The position numbers were made by a program, and so were the translations under genes. From assembly GCA_964016885.1 (NCBI GenBank), contig OZ024741.1, positions 391,592,001-391,656,000 of the forward strand: 64,000 bases of DNA. Direction: 5' to 3'. Shown one piece after another: positions 53,801 to 64,000 of this stretch. Each line of letters begins with the position of its first letter. Position 1 is the stretch's first letter. Under the pieces are notes generated by a model. That model did no database searches and had not been told where the DNA came from. It was given only the letters and a program-made list of their open reading frames with translations. The DNA is from Eledone cirrhosa. Lineage: Eukaryota.

Positions 53801-56800
53801 TAACTGGTCAAACCAAACTATTCAATGACCTAGTTACTAACAGTTAACTGGTCAAACCTAACTATTCAATGATCTAGTTACTAACAGCTAAGTGGTCAAA
53901 CACAACTATTCAATGACCTAGTTACTAACAGTTAACTGGTCAAAACAAACTATTCAATGACCTAGTTACTAACAGCTAACTGGTCAAACCCAACTATTCA
54001 ATGATCTAGTTACTAACAGTTAACTGGTCAAACCCAACTATTCAATGACCTAGTTACTATCAGTTAACTGGTCAAAACCAACTATTCAATGACCTAGTTA
54101 CTAACAGTTAACTGGTCAAACCCAACTATTCAATGACCTAGTTACTAACAGTTAACTGGTCAAACCCAACTATTCAATGATCTAGTTACTAACAGCTAAC
54201 TAGTCAAACCCAACTATTCAATGACCTAGTTACTAACAGTTAACTGGTCAAACCCAACTATTCAATGACCTAGTTACTAACAGTTAACTGGTCAAACCCA
54301 ACTATTCAATGACCTAGTTACTAACAATTAACTGGTCAAACCCAACTGTTCAATGTTCTAGTTACTAACAGTTAACTGGTCAAACCAAACTATTCAATGA
54401 CCTAGTTACTAACAGTTAACTGGTCAAACCCAGCTATTCAATGACCTAGTTACTAACAGTTAACTGGTCAAACCCAACTATTCAATGTCCTAGTTACTAA
54501 CAGTTAACTGGTCAAACCAAACCATTCAATGACCTAGTTACTAACAGTTAACTGGTCAAACCCAACTATTCAATGACCTAGTTACTAACAGTTAACTGGT
54601 CAAACCCAACTATTCAATGATCTAGTTACTAACAGTTAACTGGTCAAATCCAACTATTCAATGGTCTAGTTACTAACAGTTAACCGGTCAAACCCAACTA
54701 TTCAATGACCTAGTTACTAACAGTTAACTGGTCAAACCCAACTATTCAATGACCTAGTTACTAACAATTAACTGGTCAAACCAAACCATTCAATGACCTA
54801 GTTACTAACAGTTAACTTGTCAAACCCAACTATTCAATGACCTAGTTACTAACAGTTAGCTGGTCAAACCCAACTATTCAATGATCTAGTTACTAACAGC
54901 TAACTGGTCAAACCCAACTATTCAATGATCTAGTTACTAACAGCTAACTGGTCCAACCCAACTATTCAATGACCTAGTTACTAACAGTTAACTGGTCAAA
55001 CCCAACTCTTCAATGATCTAGTTACTAACAGCTAACTGGTCAAACCAAACTATTCAATGACCTAGTTACTAACAGCTAACTGGTCAAACTCAACTATTCA
55101 ATGATCTAGTTACTAACAGTTAACTGGTCAAACCCAACTATTCAATGACCTAGTTACTATCAGTTAACTGGTCAAACCCAACTATTCAATGACCTAGTTA
55201 CTAACAGTTAACTGGTCAAACCCAACTATTCAATGACCTAGTTACTAACAGTTAACTGGTCAAACCCAACTATTCAATGATCTAGTTACTAACAGCTAAC
55301 TAGTCAAACCCAACTATTCAATGACCTAGTTACTAACAGTTAACTGGTCAAACCCAACTATTCAATGACTTAGTTACTAACAGTTAACTGGTCAAACCCA
55401 TCTATTCAATGACCTAGTTACTAACAGTTAACTGGTCAAACCCAACTATTCAATGTTCTAGTTACTAACAGTTAACTGGTCAAACCAAACTATTCAATGA
55501 CCTAGTTACTAACAGTTAACTGGTCAAACCCAACTATTCAATGACCTAGTTACTAACAGTTAACTGGTCAAACCCAACTATTCAATGTCCTAGTTACTAA
55601 CAGTTAACTGGTCAAACCAAACTATTCAATGACCTAGTTACTAACAGTTAACTGGTCAAACCAAACTATTCAATGACCTAGTTACTAACAGTTAACTGGT
55701 CAAACCCAACTATTCAATGACCTAGTTACTAACAGTTAACTGGTCAAACCAAACCATTCAATGACATAGTTACTAACAGTTAACTGGTCAAACCCAACTA
55801 TTCAATGACCTAGTTACTAACAGTTAACTGGTCAAACCCAACTATTCAATGACCTAGTTACTAACAGTTAACTGGTCAAACCAAACCATTCAATGACCTA
55901 GTTACTAACAGTTAACTGCTCAAACCCAACTATTCAATGATCTAGTTACTAACAGTTAACTGGTCAAACCTAACTATTCAATGATCTAGTTACTAACAGC
56001 TAACTGGTCAAACCCAACTATTCAATGACCTAGTTACTAACAGTTAACTGGTCAAACCCAACTCTTCAATGATCTAGTTACTAACAGCTAACTGGTCAAA
56101 CCCAACTATTCAATGACCTAGTTACTAACAGTTAACTGGTCAAACCCAACTATTCAATGACCTAGTTACTAACAGTTAACTGGTCAAACCAAACTATTCA
56201 ATGACCTAGTTACTAACAGTTAACTGGTCAAACCCAACTATTCAATGATCTAGTTACAAACAGTTAACTGGTCAAATCCAACTATTCAATGGTCTAGTTA
56301 CTAACAGTTAACTGGTCAAACCCAACTATTCAATGACCTAGTTACTAACAGTTAACTGGTCAAACCCAACTATTCAATGACCTAGTTACTAACAGTTAAC
56401 TGGTCAAACCCAACTATTCAATGACCTAGTTACTAACAGTTAACTGGTCAAAACCAACTATTCAATGATCTAGTTACTAACAGCTAACTAGTCAAACCCA
56501 ACTATTCAATGACCTAGTTACTAACAGTTAACTGGTCAAACCCAACTATTCAATGACCTAGTTACTAACAGTTAACTGGTCAAACCCAACTATTCAATGA
56601 CCTAGTTACTAACAGTTAACTGGTCAAAACAAACTATTCAATGACCTAGTTACTAACAGCTAACTGGTCAAACCCAACTGTTCAATGATCTAGTTACTAA
56701 CAGTTAACTGGTCAAACCCAACTATTCAATGACCTAGTTACTATCAGTTAACTGGTCAAACCCAACTATTCAATGACCTAGTTACTAACAGTTAACTGGT

Positions 56801-59800
56801 CAAACCCAACTATTCAATGACCTAGTTACTAACAGTTAACTGGTCAAACCCAACTATTCAATGATCTAGTTACTAACAGCTAACTAGTCAAACCCAACTA
56901 TTCAATGACCTAGTTACTAACAGTTAACTGGTCAAACCCAACTATTCAATGACCTAGTTACTAACAGTTAACTGGTCAAACCCAACTATTCAATGACCTA
57001 GTTACTAACAGTTAACTGGTCAAACCCAACTATTCAATGTTCTAGTTACTAACAGTTAACTGGTCAAACCAATCTATTCAATGACCTAGTTACTAACAGT
57101 TAACTGGTCAAACCCAACTATTCAATTACCTAGTTACTAACAGTTAACTGGTCAAACCCAACTATTCAGTGTCCTAGTTACTAACAGTTAACTGGTCAAA
57201 CCAAACTATTCAATGACCTAGTTACTAACAGTTAACTGGTCAAACCAAACTATTCAATGACCTAGTTACTAACAGTTAACTGGTCAAACCCAACTATTCA
57301 ATGATCTAGTTACTAACAGTTAACTGGTCAAACGCAACTATTCAATGATCTAGTTACTAACAGTTAACTGGTCAAACCCAACTATTAAATGACCTAGTTA
57401 CTAACAGTTAACTGGTCAAACCCAACTATTCAATGACCTAGTTACTAACAGTTAACTTGTCAAACCAAACCATTCAATGACCTAGTTACTAACAGTTAAC
57501 TGGTCAAACCCAACTATTCAATGACCTAGTTACTAACAGTTAACTGGTCAAACCCAACTATTCAATGACCTAGTTACTAACAGTTAACTGGTCAAACCAA
57601 ACATTTTATTGACCTAGTTACTAACAGTTAACTGGTCAAACCCAACTATTCAATGATCTAGTTACTAACAGTTAACTGGTCAAACCCAACTATTCAATGA
57701 TCTAGTTACTAACAGTTAAATGGTCAAACCCAACTATTCAATGACCTAGTTACTAACAGCTAACTGGTCAAACCCAACTATTCAATGATCTAGTTAATAA
57801 CAGCTAACTGGTCAAACCCAACTATTCAATGACCTAGTTACTAACAGCTAACTGGTCAAACCCAACTATTCAATGATCTAGTTACAAACAGTTAACTGGT
57901 CAAACCCAACTATTCAATGACCTAGTTACTATCAGTTAACTGGTCAACCCCAACTATTCAAGGACCTAGATACTAAGAGTTAACTGGTCAAACCCAACTA
58001 TTCAATGACCTAGTTACTAACAGTTAACTGGTCAAACCCAACTATTCAATGATCTAATTACTAAGAGCTAACTAGTCAAACCCAACTATTCAATGACCTA
58101 TTTACTAACATTTAACTGGTCAAACCCAAATATTCAATGACCTAGTTACTAACAGTTAACTGGTCAAACCCAACTATTCAATGTCCTAGTTACTAACAGT
58201 TAACTGGTCAAACCAAACTATTCAATGACCTAGTTACTAACAGTTAACTGGTCAAACCCAACTATTCAATGATCTAGTTACTAACAGCTAACTGGTCAAA
58301 CCCAACTATTCAATGACCTAGTTACTAACAGTTAACTGGTCAAACCCAACTATTCAATGATCAATGATCTAGTTACTAACAGTTAACTGGTCAAACCCAA
58401 CTATTCAATGACCTAGTTACTAACAGTTAACTGGTCAAACCAAACCATTCAATGACCTAGTTACTAACAGCTAACTGGTCAAACCCAACTATTCAATGAT
58501 CTAGTTACTAACAGCTAAGTGGTCAAACACAACTATTCAATGACCTAGTTACTAACAGTTAACTGGTCAAAACAAACTATTCAATGACCTAGTTACTAAC
58601 AGCTAACTGGTCAAACCCAACTATTCAATGATCTAGTTACTAACAGTTAACTGGTCAAACCCAAATATTCAATGACCTAGTTACTATCAGTTAACTGGTC
58701 AAAACCAACTATTCAATGACCTAGTTACTAACAGTTAACTGGTCAAACCCAACTATTCAATGACCTAGTTACTAACAGTTAACTGGTCAAACCCAACTAT
58801 TCAATGATCTAGTTACTAACAGCTAACTAGTCAAACCCAACTATTCAATGACCTAGTTACTAACAGTTAACTGGTCAAACCCAACTATTCAATGACCTAG
58901 TTACTAACAGTTAACTGGTCAAACCCAACTATTCAATGACCTAGTTACTAACAATTAACTGGTCAAACCCATCTATTCAATGTTCTAGTTACTAACAGTT
59001 AACTGGTCAAACCAAACTATTCAATGACCTAGTTACTAACAGTTAACTGGTCAAACCCAACTATTCAATGACCTAGTTACTAACAGTTAACTGGTAAAAC
59101 CCAACTATTCAATGTCCTAGTTACTAACAGTTAACTGGTCAAACCAAACTATTCAATGACCTAGTTACTAACAGTTAACTGGTCAAACCCAACTATTCAA
59201 TGACCTAGTTACTAACAGTTAACTGGTCAAACCCAACTATTCAATGATCTAGTTACTAACAGTTAACTGGTCAAATCCAACTATTCAATGGTCTAGTTAC
59301 TAACAGTTAACCGGTCAAACCCAACTATTCAATGACCTAGTTACTAACAGTTAACTGGTCAAACCCAACTATTCAATGATCTAGTTACTAACAGCTAACT
59401 GGTCAAACCAAACTATTCAATGACCTAGTTACTAACAGCTAACTGGTGAAACTCAACTATTCAATGATATAGTTACTAACAGTTAACTGGTCAAACCCAA
59501 CTATTCAATGACCTAGTTACTATCAGTTAACTGGTCAAACCCAACTATTCAATGACCTAGTTACTAACAGTTAACTGGTCAAACCCAACTATTCAATGAC
59601 CTAGTTACTAACAGTTAACTGGTCAAACCCAACTATTCAATGATCTAGTTACTAACAGCTAACTAGTCAAACCCAACTATTCAATGACCTAGTTACTAAC
59701 AGTTAACTGGTCAAACCCAACTATTCAATGACTTAGTTACTAACAGTTAACTGGTCAAACCCATCTATTCAATGACCTAGTTATTAACAGTTAACTGGTC

Positions 59801-62800
59801 AAACCCAACTATTCAATGTTCTAGTTACTAACAGTTAACTGGTCAAACCAAACTATTCAATGACCTAGTTACTAACAGTTAACTGGTCAAACCCAACTAT
59901 TCAATGACCTAGTTACTAACAGTTAACTGGTCAAACCCAACTATTCAATGTCCTAGTTACTAACAGTTAACTGGTCAAACCAAACTATTCAATGACCTAG
60001 TTACTAACAGTTAACTGGTCAAACCAAACTATTCAATGACCTGGTTACTAACAGTTAACTGGTCAAACCCAACTATTCAATGACCTAGTTACTAACAGTT
60101 AACTGGTCAAACCAAACCATTCAATGACATAGTTACTAACAGTTAACTGGTCAAACCCAACTATTCAATGACCTAGTTACTAACAGTTAACTGGTCAAAC
60201 CCAACTATTCAATGACCTAGTTACTAACAGTTAACTGGTCAAACCAAACCATTCAATGACCTAGTTACTAACAGTTAACTGCTCAAACCCAACTATTCAA
60301 TGATCTAGTTACTAACAGTTAACTGGTCAAACCCAATTATTCAATGACCTAGTTACTAACAGTTAACTGGTCAAACCCAACTATTCAATGACCTAGTTAC
60401 TAACAGTTAACTGGTCAAACCCAACTATTCAATGACCTAGTTACTAACAGTTAACTGGTCAAACCCAACTATTCAATGACCTGGTTACAAACAGTTAACT
60501 GGTCAAAACCAACTATTCAATGATCTAGTTACTAACAGTTAAATGGTCAAACCCAACTATTCAATGACCTAGTTACTAACAGCTAACTGGTCAAACCCAA
60601 CTATTCAATGATCTAGTTAATAACAGCTAACTGGTCAAACCCAACTATTCAATGACCTAGTTACTAACAGCTAACTGGTCAAACCCAACTATTCAATGAT
60701 CTAGTTACTAACAGTTAACTGGTCAAACCAAACTATTCAATGTTCTAGTTACTAACAGTTAACTGGTCAAACCAAACTATCAATGACCTAGTTACTAACA
60801 GTTAACTGGTCAAACCCAACTATTCAATGACCTAGTTACTAACAGTTAACTGGTCAAACCCAACTATTCAATGTCCTAGTTACTAACAGTTAACTCGTCA
60901 AACCAAACTATTCAATGACCTAGTTACTAACAGTTAACTGGTCAAACCAAACTATTCAATGACCTAGTTACTAACAGTTAACTGGTCAAACCCAACTATT
61001 CAATGATCTAGTTACTAACAGCTAACTGGTCAAACCCAACTATTCAATGACCTAGTTACTAACAGTTAACTGGTCAAACCCAACTATTCAATGATCTAGT
61101 TACTAACAGTTAACTGGTCAAACCCAACTATTCAATGACCTAGTTACTAACAGTTAACTGGTCAAACCCAACTATTCAATGACTTAGTTACTAACAGTTA
61201 ACTGGTCAAACCCAACTATTCAATGACCTAGTTACAAACAGTTAACTGGTCAAACCCAACTATTCAATGTTCTAGTTACTAACAGTTAACTGCTCAAACC
61301 AAACTATTCAATGACCTAGTTACTAACAGTTAACTGGTCAAACCCAACTATTCAATGACCTAGTTACTAACAGTTAACTGGTCAAACCCAACTATTCAAT
61401 GTCCTAGTTACTAACAGTTAACTGGTCAAACCAAACTATTCAATGACCTAGTTACTAACAGTTAACTGGTCAAACCCAACTCTTCAATGATCTAGTTACT
61501 AACAGCTAACTGGTCAAACCCAACTATTGAATGACCTAGTTACTAACAGTTAACTGGTCAAACCCAACTATTCAATGACCTAGTTACTAACAGTTAACTG
61601 GTCAAACCCAACTATTCAATGACCTAGTTACTAACAGTTAACTGGTCAAACCCAACTATTCAATGACCTAGTTACTAACAGTTAACTGGTCAAACCCAAC
61701 TATTCAATGACCTGGTTACAAACAGTTAACTGGTCAAAACCAACTATTCAATGATCTAGTTACTAACAGTTAAATGGTCAAACCCAACTATTCAATGACC
61801 TAGTTACTAACAGCTAACTGGTCAAACCCAACTATTCAATGATCTAGTTAATAACAGCTAACTGGTCAAACCCAACTATTCAATGACCTAGTTACTAACA
61901 GCTAACTGGTCAAACCCAACTATTCAATGATCTAGTTACTAACAGTTAACTGGTCAAACCAAACTATTCAATGACCTAGTTACTATCAGTTAACTGGTCA
62001 ACCCCAACTATTCAATGACCTAGTTACTAACAGTTAACTGGTCAAACCCGACTATTCAATGACCTAGTTACTAACAGTTAACTGGTCAAACCCAACTATT
62101 CAATGATCTAATTACTAACAGCTAACTAGTCAAACCCAACTATTCAATGACCTAGTTACTAACATTTAACTGGTCAAACACAACTATTCAATTACCTAGT
62201 TACTAACAGTTAACTGGTCAAACCCAACTATTCAATGACCTAGTTACTAACAGTTAACTGGTCAAACCCAACTATTCAATGTCCTAGTTACTAACAGTTA
62301 ACTGGTCAAACCAAACTATTCAATGACCTAGTTACTAACAGTTAACTGGTCAAACCAAACTATTCAATGACCTAGTTACTAACAGTTAACTGGTCAAACC
62401 CAACTATTCAATGATCTAGTTACTAACAGCTAACTGGTCAAACCCAACTATTCAATGACCTAGTTACTAACAGTTGACTGGTCAAACCCAACTATTCAAT
62501 GATCAATGATCTAGTTACTAACAGATAACTGGTCAAACCCAACTATTCAATGACCTAGTTACTAACAGTTAACTTGTCAAACCCAAGTATTCAATGACCT
62601 AGTTACTAACAGTTAACTGGTCAAACCAAACCATTCAATGACCTAGTTACTAACAGTTAACTGGTCAAACCCAACTCTTCAATGATCTAGTTACTAACAG
62701 CTAACTGGTCAAACCCAACTATTCAATGACCTAGTTACTAACAGTTAACTGGTCAAACCCAACTATTCAATGACCTAGTTACTAACAGTTAACTGGTCAA

Positions 62801-64000
62801 ACCCAACTATTCAATTACCTAGTTACTAGCAGTTAACTGGTCAAACCCAACTATTCAATGATCTACTTACTAACAGCTAACTGGTCAAACCAAACTATTC
62901 AATGACCTAGTTACTAACAGTTAACTGGTCAAACCCAACTATTGAATGACCTAGTTACTAACAGTTAACTGGTCAAACCCAACTATTCAATGACCTAGTT
63001 ACTAACAGTTAACTGGTCAAACCCAACTATTCAATGACCTAGTTACTAACAGTTAACTGGTCAAACCCAACTATTCAATGACCTAGTTACTAACAGTTAA
63101 CTGGTCAAACCCAACTATTCAATGACCTGGTTACAAACAGTTAACTGGTCAAAACCAACTATTCAATGATCTAGTTACTAACAGTTAAATGGTCAAACCC
63201 AACTATTCAATGACCTAGTTACTAACAGCTAACTGGTCAAACCCAACTATTCAATGATCTAGTTAATAACAGCTAACTGGTCAAACCCAACTATTCAATG
63301 ACCTAGTTACTAACAGCTAACTGGTCAAACCCAACTATTCAATGATCTAGTTACTAACAGTTAACTGGTCAAACCAAACTATTCAATGACCTAGTTACTA
63401 TCAGTTAACTGGTCAACCCCAACTATTCAATGACCTAGTTACTAACAGTTAACTGGTCAAACCCGACTATTCAATGACCTAGTTACTAACAGTTAACTGG
63501 TCAAACCCAACTATTCAATGATCTAATTACTAACAGCTAACTAGTCAAACCCAACTATTCAATGACCTAGTTACTAACATTTAACTGGTCAAACACAACT
63601 ATTCAATTACCTAGTTACTAACAGTTAACTGGTCAAACCCAACTATTCAATGACCTAGTTACTAACAGTTAACTGGTCAAACCCAACTATTCAATGTCCT
63701 AGTTACTAACAGTTAACTGGTCAAACCAAACTATTCAATGACCTAGTTACTAACAGTTAACTGGTCAAACCAAACTATTCAATGACCTAGTTACTAACAG
63801 TTAACTGGTCAAACCCAACTATTCAATGATCTAGTTACTAACAGCTAACTGGTCAAACCCAACTATTCAATGACCTAGTTACTAACAGTTAACTGGTCAA
63901 ACCTAACTATTCAATGATCAATGATCTAGTTACTAACAGATAACTGGTCAAACCCAACTATTCAATGACCTAGTTACTAACAGTTAACTTGTCAAACCCA
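38850..64000. repeat. 44-bp tandem satellite, consensus CTAGTTACTAACAGTTAACTGGTCAAACCCAACTATTCAATGAC, ~570 copies, runs off the window end
   Basis: Period 44 (CTAG at 38886 and 38930); typically 0-3 substitutions per monomer; no ORFs in the track. Confidence 0.98.

Noticed and set aside
38850-64000. 44-bp array as CRISPR or telomeric repeat
   Set aside because: Contiguous monomers with no unique spacers; AACCC occurs but there are no (TAACCC)n runs.

Overview
Eukaryotic, repeat-only window with no host gene recognisable. The SINE and RTE 3'-end signatures resemble, from memory, octopus/cephalopod repeats. 1-18.4 kb: head-to-tail array of three minus-strand Tx1/L1-clade non-LTR retrotransposons separated by a complex (TTTC)n minisatellite carrying a repeated ~34-bp motif. 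A diverged single copy of that motif marks the array border. 18.8-38 kb: (TA)n-rich retroelement graveyard with two Penelope-like (RT + GIY-YIG) elements, RTE-clade LINEs, a CRE-like RLE fragment and SINEs. I read 12 type I hammerhead ribozyme motifs from about 7 unrelated sequence families here. Most sit in non-coding, head-to-head foldback units whose 3' ends run outward into (TA)n. They include a 466-bp tandem unit (retrozyme/circRNA candidate) and a family with the U3-A8 compensatory core. 38.85-64 kb: 44-bp satellite with kb-scale higher-order duplications. All folds and alignments were done by eye, so coordinates may be off by a few bases.
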